A DNA stretch of 64,000 bases from positions 11,047 to 75,046 of the forward strand of contig CAVVDC010000011.1 of the NCBI GenBank assembly GCA_963746855.1, in the 5' to 3' direction. The notes beneath the pieces were generated by a model that was not told the origin of the DNA, did not search any database, and was given only the letters and a program-made list of their open reading frames with translations. Each line of letters starts with the position of its first letter. Position 1 is the stretch's first letter. This DNA is from an uncultured Chloroflexia bacterium. GTDB lineage: Bacteria; Chloroflexota; Limnocylindria; Limnocylindrales; CSP1-4. The position numbers and the translations under genes are program-made. This document shows positions 52,424-61,880 of the stretch, one piece after another.

Positions 52424-52750
52424 CTAGGCCTCCGACTCGCTGGCCGGCTTTGGCGCGACGGGCTTCTTGCGGAACATCTGGAGCATCCGGTCGGTCACGA
52501 CGTAGCCGCCGACCACGTTCATCGCCGCGAATGCGCACGCGATGAGCGAGATGAGCTGGCTGGGCAGGTCGTCCGCGTTGGCGGCGATCAGCATCCCGCC
52601 GACGAGGACGATCCCGTGGATGGAGTTCGCCCCGGACATCAGCGGCGTGTGCAGGGTCGCGGGGACCTTGCTGATGACGGCGAACCCGACGAGGATCGCC
52701 AGGACGAAGATCGTCAACGCGTTGAGCAGGGCTTCGACTTCGGGGGTCAT
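52424..52750 (-). CDS. pntAB: NAD(P) transhydrogenase subunit alpha part 2
   Basis: 108 aa, 3 TM. ...LHTPLMSGANSIHGIVLVG... Confidence 0.85.
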   Translation of the reverse strand: MTPEVEALLNALTIFVLAILVGFAVISKVPATLHTPLMSGANSIHGIVLVGGMLIAANADDLPSQLISLIACAFAAMNVVGGYVVTDRMLQMFRKKPVAPKPASESEA

Positions 52751-53910
52751 GCCTGGCCTCCAGCCGCCGGCGCGGCCGGCTCGAGCAGCTTCTTGACGGC
52801 GTCGGACAGGACCGCCCCGCCGTGGCTGATGACGGTCGACTTGGTGACCTCGTCCTCGAAGTCGAGGTGCAGCGCGCCGTCCTTGACCATGCCCAGGAGG
52901 AGCGCCGAGATGTTGCGTGCGTAGAAGGCCGAGGCGCCCGCCGGCATCGAGGCGGGCAGGTTCTCCGGGGCGATGATCGTCACCCCGTTCGGGGTCTCCA
53001 CGGTCTCGCCGACCCTCGACAGCTCGACGTTCCCGCCGAGGGCCGACGCGGCCATGTCGACCAGCACCGAGCCGGGCTTCATCTTGCCGACGGCCTCGCC
53101 GGTCACGAGGACCGGCGGCTTGCGGCCGGGGACCTGGGCCGTGGTGATGACGACGTCCATGCCGCCGATGACCTCGTTAAGCTCGGCCTGCTGGGCCGCC
53201 CGCTCCTCCGGGGTCAGCTCCCGGGCATAGCCCCCCGCGCCCGTCGCATCGATCGTCGTGTTGAGCTTGACGAACTTCGCCCCGAGCGACTCGGCTTGCT
53301 CACGCGTCTCGGGCCGGACGTCGTAGGCGTGGACGATGGCCCCCAGCCGCCGGGCGGTCCCGATCGCCTGGAGCCCGGCGACGCCGATGCCCAGGATCAG
53401 GACGTTGGCGGGCTTGGCGGTGCCGGCCGCCGTGGTCAGCAACGGGAAGTAGCGGGGGTAGGCGTTGGCCGCGATCAGGACCGCCTTGTAGCCCCCGACG
53501 TTGGCCTGCGAACTGAGCGCATCCATCGTCTGGGCACGCGAGAGCGTGCGCGGGATCGCATCGAGGCTGATGGCGGTCACGCCCTGGTCGGCCAGGCTCT
53601 TGGCGAGCTTCGGGTCGATGAGTGGCGCCAGGAACCCGACGACCGCCTGGCCGGAGCGCAACCGGCCGACCTCCGCGTCGGACGGCTTCGCGACCCGGAG
53701 GATGACATCCGCCTGCTGGTAGAGCGCGTCGGTCGTGACGATGGTCGCGCCGGCCTCCTGGTAGACGCTGTCCGGGAACGCGGCACCGGTCCCGGCGCCG
53801 GACTCGACGAGGATCTCCAGCCCGGCCGCGGTCAGCTTGCCGAGCGCTTCGGGTACCAGGGCGACGCGCGACTCTCCGGGCGCGGTCTCCTTGGCGACAC
53901 CGACCTTCAT
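52747..53910 (-). CDS. pntAA: NAD(P) transhydrogenase subunit alpha part 1
   Basis: ORF track gives 52747..54189. Start at ATG (complement 53908-53910): MKVGVAKETAPGESRVALVPE... Alanine dehydrogenase-like dI fold with ILGIGVAGLQAIGTARRLGA. Confidence 0.9.
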   Translation of the reverse strand: MKVGVAKETAPGESRVALVPEALGKLTAAGLEILVESGAGTGAAFPDSVYQEAGATIVTTDALYQQADVILRVAKPSDAEVGRLRSGQAVVGFLAPLIDPKLAKSLADQGVTAISLDAIPRTLSRAQTMDALSSQANVGGYKAVLIAANAYPRYFPLLTTAAGTAKPANVLILGIGVAGLQAIGTARRLGAIVHAYDVRPETREQAESLGAKFVKLNTTIDATGAGGYARELTPEERAAQQAELNEVIGGMDVVITTAQVPGRKPPVLVTGEAVGKMKPGSVLVDMAASALGGNVELSRVGETVETPNGVTIIAPENLPASMPAGASAFYARNISALLLGMVKDGALHLDFEDEVTKSTVISHGGAVLSDAVKKLLEPAAPAAGGQA

Positions 53911-54044
53911 GGGCACCACCTTGGACTCAAGGACGACGGGCCGCGGCTGGGGGAGGACCGCGACGATTGGGGTCGGGCGAAAGGATAGCGCCTGCGGGCG
54001 GCGGGTTGGAGCCGCGCGTCGGTTGCGATTCGGGGTTCGCGAGG

Positions 54045-54824
54045 TCAGAGGCGGGAGCGGATCTCCCAGAGGTCGGGGAACGCCGGCCGGAACAGCGTGG
54101 AGCGGAGGTACTCGACGCCGCTGGAGCCGCCCGTGCCGCGTTTCGTGCCGATCGTCCGTTCGACCATCTTGACGTGGCGATAGCGCCACTCCTGGACCCC
54201 TTCGTCGAGGTCGACGAGCCGTTCCGCGACCAGCGCGGCGTCGGGGTCGCCGCGATAGACCGCGACAAGGGCATCCTGGACCCGGTCGTCCGTGGACGCC
54301 GGATCGAGCGGGACCTCGTGGCCGCGCTCGCCGAGATAGTCGAGGAACGAGGACCAGATGGACGGCCGAGCCTGGGTCGCCTCGATCGCCCGGCGCGCCG
54401 CGGATCCCTTCGGCTGGGCGGCGACCGCCGCGTCGGGATCGCCGACGCCGAGCATCGCCTCGAGCTGGCGGAAACCCGCCGACTGGAACCCCGAGGCCGA
54501 ATCGAGCCGGTCGCGGAACGAGAGGAACTGGAGCGGGGTCATCGTCTCGAGGACGTCGACCTGGGCGACGAGCGTCTTGAGGATCTTGAGGACGCGGTTG
54601 AGCAGGTGGAGGGCCGTGTCCGTGTCGCCAGTCTCGAGCGCTGCCTGCACCCCGAGCAGCTCGTGCCGGAGCGCCTTGAACCAGAGCTCGTAGACCTGGT
54701 GGACGACGATGAACAGCAGCTCGTCGTGCTCGGGACCCTCCGGGCCCTCCGACCGCTCGACCTGGAGCGCGAGCAGCTCCGGGACCTTGAGGTACGACGC
54801 GTAGGTGACGGCGCGGCGGGTCAC
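54045..54824 (-). CDS. kynA: tryptophan 2,3-dioxygenase
   Basis: 259 aa. ...YASYLKVPELLALQ...HDELLFIVVHQVYELWFK...FRDRLDSASGFQSAGFRQLE...WRYRHVKMVERTIGTKRGTGGSSG... Confidence 0.9.
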   Translation of the reverse strand: MTRRAVTYASYLKVPELLALQVERSEGPEGPEHDELLFIVVHQVYELWFKALRHELLGVQAALETGDTDTALHLLNRVLKILKTLVAQVDVLETMTPLQFLSFRDRLDSASGFQSAGFRQLEAMLGVGDPDAAVAAQPKGSAARRAIEATQARPSIWSSFLDYLGERGHEVPLDPASTDDRVQDALVAVYRGDPDAALVAERLVDLDEGVQEWRYRHVKMVERTIGTKRGTGGSSGVEYLRSTLFRPAFPDLWEIRSRL

Positions 54825-54852
54825 GCCGCCGATGGTACGTCGGCGCGGATGC

Positions 54853-55404
54853 TCAGTCCCGGGGACGGATGCGGATGATCAGCATCGCGGCCTCGTCGTC
54901 GCCGACGATCTCGCCGTCGTGCGGGATCGTGCCGTCCCAGCGGACGTAGTCGCCAGGCCCGACCTCGACGACGTGGTCGCCCTGGGTCAGGCGGAACCGG
55001 CCGCGCAGGACCAGGTGATGCTCGTCGCCGGCATGGGCGTGCGCGCCGACGCGGCCGCCCGGCCGACCCGTGGCCTCGAGGATGGAGATCTCGCGCGAGA
55101 TGCGGCCGTCGACGTGCTCGATGCGTCCGAGATCGGACTCGGTCACGGGGCGATCCTTCGCGCGAACCACGATCGGAGCCGGCAGGTCGTCGATGAGGAA
55201 CCAGGCGGCCGGGACCTCGAGCGCGTCCGCGATGGACGCCAGGCAATGGAGCGAGGGCGACGCCTTGTCGTTCTCGATCTGCGAGAGGTAGCCGACGTTC
55301 AGGCCGCTCCGCTCGGCGACGTTCGCGAGCGTGAGGCCGCGCTCCGTGCGCCACCGCTTGATCTGGACCCCGACGGCCGGCTTGCGCCGTTCATCGATCG
55401 TCAT
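54853..55404 (-). CDS. XRE-family HTH regulator with C-terminal cupin domain
   Basis: Start at ATG (complement 55402-55404). ...IKRWRTERGLTLANVAERSGLNVGYLSQIENDKASPSL... followed by cupin ...GAHAHAGDEHHLVLRG... Confidence 0.85.
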   Translation of the reverse strand: MTIDERRKPAVGVQIKRWRTERGLTLANVAERSGLNVGYLSQIENDKASPSLHCLASIADALEVPAAWFLIDDLPAPIVVRAKDRPVTESDLGRIEHVDGRISREISILEATGRPGGRVGAHAHAGDEHHLVLRGRFRLTQGDHVVEVGPGDYVRWDGTIPHDGEIVGDDEAAMLIIRIRPRD

Positions 55405-55426
55405 GTTGGCTCTCCACAAACAAGTC

Positions 55427-55467
55427 TTGACACGGACTACGGTTCCGGCGTATGTTGTGTCCACAAC
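55427..55467 (+). promoter_or_regulatory. candidate promoter and operator in the divergent XRE / F420-reductase region
   Basis: TTGACA (55427-55432), 18 nt, TATGTT (55451-55456). The palindrome GTTGTG-TC-CACAAC (55454-55467) overlaps the -10 box. The heptamer TCCACAA occurs at 55413 and 55460. Confidence 0.4.
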
Positions 55468-55519
55468 AAATATCGCTTGATGAGGGCCAACTCGTCAAGT
55501 CATGGAAGGAACGAACCCA

Positions 55520-56170
55520 ATGGATATCGCGATCATCGGTGCCGGCAACGTCGGCCAGGCCCTCGCCACCGCGTTCAGGCGTGCCGGGCACACGGTCGTC
55601 ATCGCGTCGCGCGACCCGGAGGATGCCGGCGCGGTCGCCGCAGCGACCGGTTCGACAGTCGCCACGTCGAACCTCGAGGCGGCTCGTGCCGCCGATGTCG
55701 TCGTCCTGGCCATCCCCTTCGCCAGTGTCCCCGAGGTCGCGGCCGAGATCGCCGAGGTCGTGGCTGGCAAGCCCGTCGTCGACGTATCGAACCGGATCTC
55801 GTTCGGCCCGAACGGCCCGGAGATCGACACGACGTCCTCCAACGGCGAGGCCATCGGCGCGCTGCTGCCGGCCGCCGGCGTCGTCAAGGCGTTCAACACG
55901 CTCTTCGCCACGCACCAGACCGACCCGATCGCGGACGGCGTCCAGCTCGACGGCTTCGTCGCCGGCGACGACCCTGCCGCGAAGGCCACGGTCCTCGAGC
56001 TCGTCGACTCCATCGGCCTCAATCCGGTCGATGTCGGGCCCCTCAGCCGCTCGCGCCAGCTCGAGGCCCTCGCGTTCCTGAACATGACGCTCAACATCGT
56101 CAACCAGGGCACCTGGCAGTCGGGCTGGAAGCTCGTCGGTGCACCGGCCACCCTGCCGGTCGCGGCGTGA
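55520..56170 (+). CDS. NADPH-dependent F420 reductase-like oxidoreductase
   Basis: ORF track start is 55502. I prefer ATG 55520 (MDIAIIGAGNVGQALA...), preceded by GGAAGGA. Rossmann fold GxGxxG. Confidence 0.75.
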   Translation: MDIAIIGAGNVGQALATAFRRAGHTVVIASRDPEDAGAVAAATGSTVATSNLEAARAADVVVLAIPFASVPEVAAEIAEVVAGKPVVDVSNRISFGPNGPEIDTTSSNGEAIGALLPAAGVVKAFNTLFATHQTDPIADGVQLDGFVAGDDPAAKATVLELVDSIGLNPVDVGPLSRSRQLEALAFLNMTLNIVNQGTWQSGWKLVGAPATLPVAA

Positions 56171-56172
56171 CG

Positions 56173-56703
56173 ATGGTCGACACGGAGCCCGGAGCCGGGC
56201 ACACTCGCGCCATGGCCATCCCCGTCGCCAGCCTGAACCACGCGGTCCTGTACGTCCGCGACGCGACGGCCAGCGCCGAGTTCTACGGCCGGGTCTTCGG
56301 GTTCGAGGTCGTGGAGAGCGCCTTCGGCGGACGGGCGGTGTTCATGCGCTCGCCGGTCGGTGACAACCACCACGACCTCGGCCTGTTCTCGGTGGGCCCC
56401 GACGCCCCGCGTGCGCCGCGCGGATCGGTGGGCCTGTACCACCTCGCGTGGGAGGTCCCGACGATCGACGACCTCGCCGCGGCGGCGGAACTCCTCGGAG
56501 CGGCCGGCGCGCTGAATGGCGCGTCCGACCACGGCGTCTCCAAGTCCCTCTATGGCGCCGACCCCGACGGCAACGAGTTCGAGATCATGTGGCGCGTCCC
56601 GCGCGAGGCGTGGGGCGAGTACGAGCACCAGGGTGCGGTCATGCCACTCGACCTGCCGGCCGAGGTCCGGCGCTGGGGTGCGGAGGGCGCGGCCCGGGCC
56701 TGA
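56173..56703 (+). CDS. VOC family (glyoxalase/extradiol dioxygenase-like) protein
   Basis: ATG 56173 (or GTG 56167, overlapping the upstream stop). ...LNHAVLYVRDATASAEFY...GLYHLAWEV...DPDGNEFEI... Confidence 0.8.
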   Translation: MVDTEPGAGHTRAMAIPVASLNHAVLYVRDATASAEFYGRVFGFEVVESAFGGRAVFMRSPVGDNHHDLGLFSVGPDAPRAPRGSVGLYHLAWEVPTIDDLAAAAELLGAAGALNGASDHGVSKSLYGADPDGNEFEIMWRVPREAWGEYEHQGAVMPLDLPAEVRRWGAEGAARA

Positions 56704-56766
56704 GCCCAGGCACGGCCCGGGCATCTGGTCCGGTCTTCGCACAGCCCGGGAGGTACCCTCCACGGG

Positions 56767-57177
56767 ATGGTGACACCGTTCCCCGCTGACGGGATGGCCC
56801 TGACCCACATCCTTGTCGTCACCGACATCGAGCGATCGCGGTCGTTCTACGTCGACGTCCTCGGGGCCTCCGTCTACCGCGAGTACGGCGGGACTTCGTG
56901 CGTGCTCCAGGCGTTCGGGACCTGGCTGCTGCTGGTCACCGGCGGCGGCCCGACGACCGACAAGCCGACCGTCACGTTCGCAGCGCCGGCCGACCCCGAC
57001 GCCGTGAGCCATTCGATGACCATCCGGGTGCCCGACGCCCGGGGCGCTCACGCGACGCTGGTCGAGCGCGGCGCGGTCTTCCTTGCCCCGCTCCAGGAGT
57101 CGGCGTGGGAGATCCGCGGTTTCTTTCGTGACCCGGATGGCCACCTGATCGAGATCAGCGAGGCTCGAGCCGGCTAG
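56767..57177 (+). CDS. VOC family (glyoxalase-like) protein
   Basis: 136 aa. ...LTHILVVTDIERSRSFYVDVLG...FFRDPDGHLIEI... Confidence 0.8.
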   Translation: MVTPFPADGMALTHILVVTDIERSRSFYVDVLGASVYREYGGTSCVLQAFGTWLLLVTGGGPTTDKPTVTFAAPADPDAVSHSMTIRVPDARGAHATLVERGAVFLAPLQESAWEIRGFFRDPDGHLIEISEARAG

Positions 57178-57204
57178 TTCGGGTCGCGGACTTATCCTTG
57201 GCGC

Positions 57205-58512
57205 ATGGGATCGCTTCGCCGGTTGAGCGTCGTCGTACCCGTGCTCATCGTGGCCATCATCGAGCTCGTCAGTGACGGCCTGCTCGATGACGCGCTCCCG
57301 TTCCCGCTCGACACCGTCATCGTGGTGGCGATCATCGCGGCCCTCGCCTGGATGTTCTCGACGGTGGCATTCCGACGGATCGACTCGTTGTCGATGGAGC
57401 TCCGTGACCGGAACGCCGACCTCGAGCGGCGGGAGGCGTCCGCTCGAGCCCTTCACCATGTCAGCGTCGCCATCGCGGCCCTCGCCGATATCGACGAGAT
57501 CCTGCGCGCGATCGTCGACCAGGCGAGGAAGCAGCTGGACGCCGACATCGCGGTCATGCTCACGTACGGCCCGGATGGCGAGGCGCAGGTCGCCGCCGCC
57601 AGTGGCCCGGACGATGCGATCGACCGCGCGGGAGGCTTCCCCGGAGTCGACGCCGCCCGGTTCGTCCGCCCCGGTCTCGCCACGGCTCGGCTCGAGGCCC
57701 CCCTCCAGCGCGCCGGCAAGACGATCGGACTCCTGATGGTCGGCTCACGGATCGAGCGCGGCTTCGAGCTCGATGACGTCGAGATGCTGTCGTCGCTCGC
57801 CAACCAGGCGGCCATCGCGATCGAGAACGCCAGGCTGCAGGAACGCCTGCGCGAACTGGCTGTGGTCGCTGAGCGGGAACGGATCGCGCGCGAGATGCAC
57901 GACGGCCTGGCCCAGGTGCTCGGCTATGTCAACACGAAGTCGCAGGCGGTCGAGGAGTTGCTCGTCGCCGGACGGACCGAGGAGGCTCGACGGCAACTGG
58001 GCGAACTCGCGGCAGCCGCCCGGTCCATCTACGTCGACGTCCGCGAGGCGATCCTCGGGTTGCGTAGCCCCATCGTCCCGGGCGTCGGACTCGTCGCGGC
58101 CATCGAGGACTACGCGGCGCGCGTCGCGGAAGCCTCGAAGATCGCCGTCCATGTCGACGCGCCTGAGACCGTGCGACATCTCGACCTCGCACCCGAGGTC
58201 GAGGCCCAGCTGTTCCGGATCACCCAGGAGGCCCTGACCAACATCCGGAAGCACTCCGGTGCGAGGCGTGCGGAGATCGTCCTCCGGCTGGACGCCGGGC
58301 GGCTCGAGGTGGACATCGCCGACGATGGCCACGGGATCGCCGCCGAGGCATCGCCGGCGGATCGACCGCGCTACGGACTGGGGGCCATGCGAGAGCGGGC
58401 TGACAGCATCGATGCGACGGTCGAATGGACGAACTTACCGGAGGGCGGCTGCCGTGTGCGGCTGGCGGTCGCGGCCGGACGGTCAGCGCCGGTCGGGTCG
58501 GGTGCCGCCTGA
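57205..58512 (+). CDS. sensor histidine kinase (2 TM, GAF, HisKA_3, HATPase)
   Basis: 435 aa. A GAF-like region lies around residues ~85-200. H-box ...ERERIAREMHDGLAQVL... N and G boxes ...QEALTNIRKHSGA...DDGHGI...YGLGAMRERA... Confidence 0.85.
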   Translation: MGSLRRLSVVVPVLIVAIIELVSDGLLDDALPFPLDTVIVVAIIAALAWMFSTVAFRRIDSLSMELRDRNADLERREASARALHHVSVAIAALADIDEILRAIVDQARKQLDADIAVMLTYGPDGEAQVAAASGPDDAIDRAGGFPGVDAARFVRPGLATARLEAPLQRAGKTIGLLMVGSRIERGFELDDVEMLSSLANQAAIAIENARLQERLRELAVVAERERIAREMHDGLAQVLGYVNTKSQAVEELLVAGRTEEARRQLGELAAAARSIYVDVREAILGLRSPIVPGVGLVAAIEDYAARVAEASKIAVHVDAPETVRHLDLAPEVEAQLFRITQEALTNIRKHSGARRAEIVLRLDAGRLEVDIADDGHGIAAEASPADRPRYGLGAMRERADSIDATVEWTNLPEGGCRVRLAVAAGRSAPVGSGAA

Positions 58513-59150
58513 TGCGGGTCGTCCTCGCTGACGATCACGCGCTGTTCCGAGACGGCGTCTCGTCGCTGCTCCAGGCCTGGGGACACCAGGTGGTGGGACA
58601 CGCGGCAGATGGCCGTGAAGCCGTCGACCTCGTCACTCGCCTCGAGCCCGACCTCGTCCTGATGGACGTTCGGATGCCCGGGATGTCCGGCGTGGAGGCG
58701 ACCCAGGCGATCGCCGCGATCCGACCCGAGATGCCCATCGTCATGCTCACGGTCAGCGAGGACGAGGAGGACCTGTTCGCCGCCATCCGGGCCGGCGCCC
58801 GCGGGTATCTGCTCAAGGACCTCGAGGCCGCCCAGCTGCACGCCATGATCGACGCGGTCGCCCGGGGAGAGGCCGCCATCACGCCGGCCACGGCGGCCCG
58901 GATCATCCGCCACCTGTCGACCATGAACGCGGCCGGCGGCTCGGCCCACGACGCGCTGACCGCGCGCGAGCTCGAGGTCCTGCGCCTGGTGACCGCCGGG
59001 CGCCGGAACAAGGAGATCGCGGCGGAGCTCGGGATCTCCGAGAACACGGCCAAGTACCACCTCCGAAACATCCTCGAGAAGCTCCACGCCGAGAGCCGGA
59101 CCGAGGTCGCAGCGCGCGCCATCCGCGAAGGGCTCGTCGCCCGGGATTGA
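58512..59150 (+). CDS. NarL/LuxR-family response regulator
   Basis: ATG 58512 overlaps the kinase stop (TGATG). MRVVLADDHALFRDG...LVLMDVRMPGMSG... and the C-terminal HTH ...LTARELEVLRLVTAGRRNKEIAAELGISENTAKYHLRNIL... Confidence 0.9.
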   Translation: MRVVLADDHALFRDGVSSLLQAWGHQVVGHAADGREAVDLVTRLEPDLVLMDVRMPGMSGVEATQAIAAIRPEMPIVMLTVSEDEEDLFAAIRAGARGYLLKDLEAAQLHAMIDAVARGEAAITPATAARIIRHLSTMNAAGGSAHDALTARELEVLRLVTAGRRNKEIAAELGISENTAKYHLRNILEKLHAESRTEVAARAIREGLVARD

Positions 59151-59277
59151 CCGATGGCCCGGGCCGGACGGCCCGGTGTGTCCTACCCGTCCGAGCTTTC
59201 CGGCCCACCCGGGCGGGCGTGGCGCGCCCGACGGTCGTCGCGGATGCTCGATCCGTCACCCAGACGGAGTCGACGCC

Positions 59278-61260
59278 ATGGGCTACCGCATCGACATCGA
59301 TCGATCGGGCTGCATCAACTGCGGCATCTGCATGGACACCTGCCCGGTCGAGGCGCTCGACATGTCCCGGCCGGCCGGACCCGGCATCGAGACCGCGGGC
59401 GCCGGCGGCCCACAGACCTGGATGATGGAGCACCCCGTCCAGGTCGGCGAATGCATCGGCTGTGGCATCTGCATCGGCGAGTGCCCGGTCGTCGTGATGA
59501 CCCTCGTCGCCGAGCCCGGCGAAACCAGGCTCGTCCCGCGGCAGGGTCCGATCGATCGACCGTCCGCCCCGGCCGTCGGCCCCGAGCCGTGGCTCCCCCT
59601 GGCGACGCTGACACGCGAGGTCCTCAAACGACACCACCCGTCGCCCTGGGGCGACCTGCTCGCCTGGCACACCGCCGATCGATCCGAGGCCTGGCAGGTC
59701 TGGCGCTCGATGAAGGCGCGGGAACCGATCGTGCCGCTGGCGCCGTGCCAGACCGCCTGTCCGGCCGGTACCGATGCCGGCCGCTATGTCGGGCTCATCG
59801 CAGCCAAGCGCTACGACGACGCATACGCCGTCGCTGCCGAAGTCAACCCGTTCCCGTCCGTCTGCGGCTGGATCTGTACCGCCCCATGCGAGGCGGCCTG
59901 TCGCCGCGGCGTCCTTGACGAGCCGATCGCGATCCGGACCCTCAAGCGCTTCGCCGCGGAACACGGGCATCTACCGCCCGTCAGCCCACCGTCGGTCCGG
60001 CGGACCGAGAAGGTCGGCATCGTCGGTGGCGGGCCGGCGGGCATGTCGGCCGCGTACTACCTCGCGAGGATCGGCTATCCCGTCACGGTGTTCGAGGCGA
60101 TGCCCGTGCCTGGCGGCATGATGGCCATCGGCATCCCGTCCTATCGACTGCCGCGCGATGTCCTGCAGGCCGAGGTCGCCCGGATCGTGGCGCTGGGCGT
60201 GGACCTCCGGCTGAACGCCGCGATGGGTCGCGACTTCACCCTGGGCGATCTCGAGACCGAGGGCTACCGCGCCGTCTTCCTGGCGACCGGGGCGTCAAAG
60301 AGCCGGCGGCTTGGGGTTCCGGGCGACGACGTCCCCGGGGTCCTGCCGGCCACGCTCTTCCTCAAGCGGGTCAACCTCGGCGAGGAGCCGCGCCTGAGCG
60401 GTCCGGCCGTGGTCGTCGGCGGTGGCAGCACCGCGATGGACGCCGCCAGATCCGCCTGGCGGAGCGGCGCGTCGCCCGTCACGATCGTCTACCGCCGCGG
60501 TCGCGAGGAGATGCCGGCGCAGGTCGAGGAGATCGAGGCCGCCGAGCGCGAGGGGATCGACGTGCGGACGGGCCTCGCGCCGGTCGAGGTCGTGATCAGG
60601 GACGGCATCGTGGTGGGCATGCGGTGCATCTCGACCCGACCGGCGGTCAACGCACCCACGGGCGCGAGCACGCCATGGGAGCCAGTCGCAGGCACCGATC
60701 TCGAACTCCCGGCCACGACGATCCTCGTCGCCGTCGGCGAGGAACCTGATCCATCCATCCTGCCCGAGGGGGCAGGCATCGAGGTCAGCGGGTTTGCCGG
60801 CATCGTGGCCGATCCGCGCACGCTCGCCACGGGCCGGGCCGGGATCTTCGCCGGCGGCGACGTCGTGTCGGGGCCCAAGACGATCATCGACGCGGTCGCC
60901 TCCGGTCGGCGAGCCGCTGCGTCCATCCACGAGTACCTCTCCGGGGTCGCCGATGGCGAGCGGGCCATCCTCGACGAGGTTCGCTACCGCACCGCTCCCG
61001 AGGGCCTCTTGACGCTCGATCTCGCGAAACAGGCGCGGGCGCACGCGCCGCTTCCCATCATCCAGCCGGGCTCGTTCGAGGCGACCCAGTCGGGTTTCGA
61101 CGACCTGACCGCGCGGACCGAGGCCGGCCGGTGCTTCCGGTGCGATGCGGTCTATGCCGGGCCGGTGGTCGACGTTCGGGCCGGGCGCGGACCCGGCCTT
61201 GCCCCCACGGTCCCGCAACCGACACCCGCCACCCAGGACAACGTTGGAGGCATGCGATGA
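59278..61260 (+). CDS. fusion of a 2x[4Fe-4S] ferredoxin domain to a GltD-like NAD(P)H-dependent FAD/FeS oxidoreductase
   Basis: ATG 59278 after a GGAG RBS. Ferredoxin motifs CINCGICMDTCP and CIGCGICIGECP. GltD-type region ...APCQTACPAGTDAGRY...CGWICTAPCEAACRRG... Dinucleotide folds VGIVGGGPAGMSAAYYL and AVVVGGGSTAMDAAR. Confidence 0.85.
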   Translation: MGYRIDIDRSGCINCGICMDTCPVEALDMSRPAGPGIETAGAGGPQTWMMEHPVQVGECIGCGICIGECPVVVMTLVAEPGETRLVPRQGPIDRPSAPAVGPEPWLPLATLTREVLKRHHPSPWGDLLAWHTADRSEAWQVWRSMKAREPIVPLAPCQTACPAGTDAGRYVGLIAAKRYDDAYAVAAEVNPFPSVCGWICTAPCEAACRRGVLDEPIAIRTLKRFAAEHGHLPPVSPPSVRRTEKVGIVGGGPAGMSAAYYLARIGYPVTVFEAMPVPGGMMAIGIPSYRLPRDVLQAEVARIVALGVDLRLNAAMGRDFTLGDLETEGYRAVFLATGASKSRRLGVPGDDVPGVLPATLFLKRVNLGEEPRLSGPAVVVGGGSTAMDAARSAWRSGASPVTIVYRRGREEMPAQVEEIEAAEREGIDVRTGLAPVEVVIRDGIVVGMRCISTRPAVNAPTGASTPWEPVAGTDLELPATTILVAVGEEPDPSILPEGAGIEVSGFAGIVADPRTLATGRAGIFAGGDVVSGPKTIIDAVASGRRAAASIHEYLSGVADGERAILDEVRYRTAPEGLLTLDLAKQARAHAPLPIIQPGSFEATQSGFDDLTARTEAGRCFRCDAVYAGPVVDVRAGRGPGLAPTVPQPTPATQDNVGGMR

Positions 61261-61880
61261 CACCCGACCAGGTTGCCAGCTTCTTCGATGCCGGCGAGGC
61301 CTTCGTCGAAGGGACGATCGCCGCCGCGCTCGTCGTGCTGTGGTTGCTCGCCGTGGCACTGCACCTCGGTCGGCCATACATGGTCCGAACGACGGGCAAG
61401 TTCACGCTGCGACTCGGCGCCGACCTCTGGTGGATCATCTACGTCGCGTTGCGCGACCTGATCGTCGTCCAGGTCGTCCTCGGCAGCTTCATCTTCTTCT
61501 ACCCGGACGTGGTCTCCGGACAAGCCCTTCCGATCACGGGCGGTCTTGCGGCGGTCTGCGCGTTCGCCGTCCTGCTCATCAAGCTCACGCAACACAGCGA
61601 TGAGACCGCGGCCTTCCGGTGGCAGCTCCTGCTCCTCGGGCTCGGCGCGACCCTCTACATCGTGCCCTACCTCCTGGGCGTCCAGATGACCGAACTCCAC
61701 GGGAAGAACGTCGAACGGATCGTGCCGATGCTCGTCACCTCGTTGAACCCAGACGTGGCGCTGCCGCTGTGCTACCTGTCCGCGGCGTTGGTCGGCCTGC
61801 TCGGCCTCATCGCTGTCGGATACAACCTTCGCTCGACCGGTCGCCGACCGGCCGCGAACCTGACGGAGGCCACCCGATGA
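61257..61880 (+). CDS. 5-TM membrane protein, unknown family (paralogue A)
   Basis: ATG 61257 overlaps the upstream stop (ATGA), 207 aa. Motifs HLGRP, FTLRLGADLWWIIYVALRD, LPIT, AAFR, LYIVP. Confidence 0.7.
   Translation: MTPDQVASFFDAGEAFVEGTIAAALVVLWLLAVALHLGRPYMVRTTGKFTLRLGADLWWIIYVALRDLIVVQVVLGSFIFFYPDVVSGQALPITGGLAAVCAFAVLLIKLTQHSDETAAFRWQLLLLGLGATLYIVPYLLGVQMTELHGKNVERIVPMLVTSLNPDVALPLCYLSAALVGLLGLIAVGYNLRSTGRRPAANLTEATR

Noticed and set aside
55495-57459. 654-aa minus-strand ORF spanning four plus-strand genes
   Set aside because: The plus-strand genes each have clear family motifs (Rossmann fold, VOC). The minus-strand translation is Arg/Gly/Asp-rich with no domain signature.
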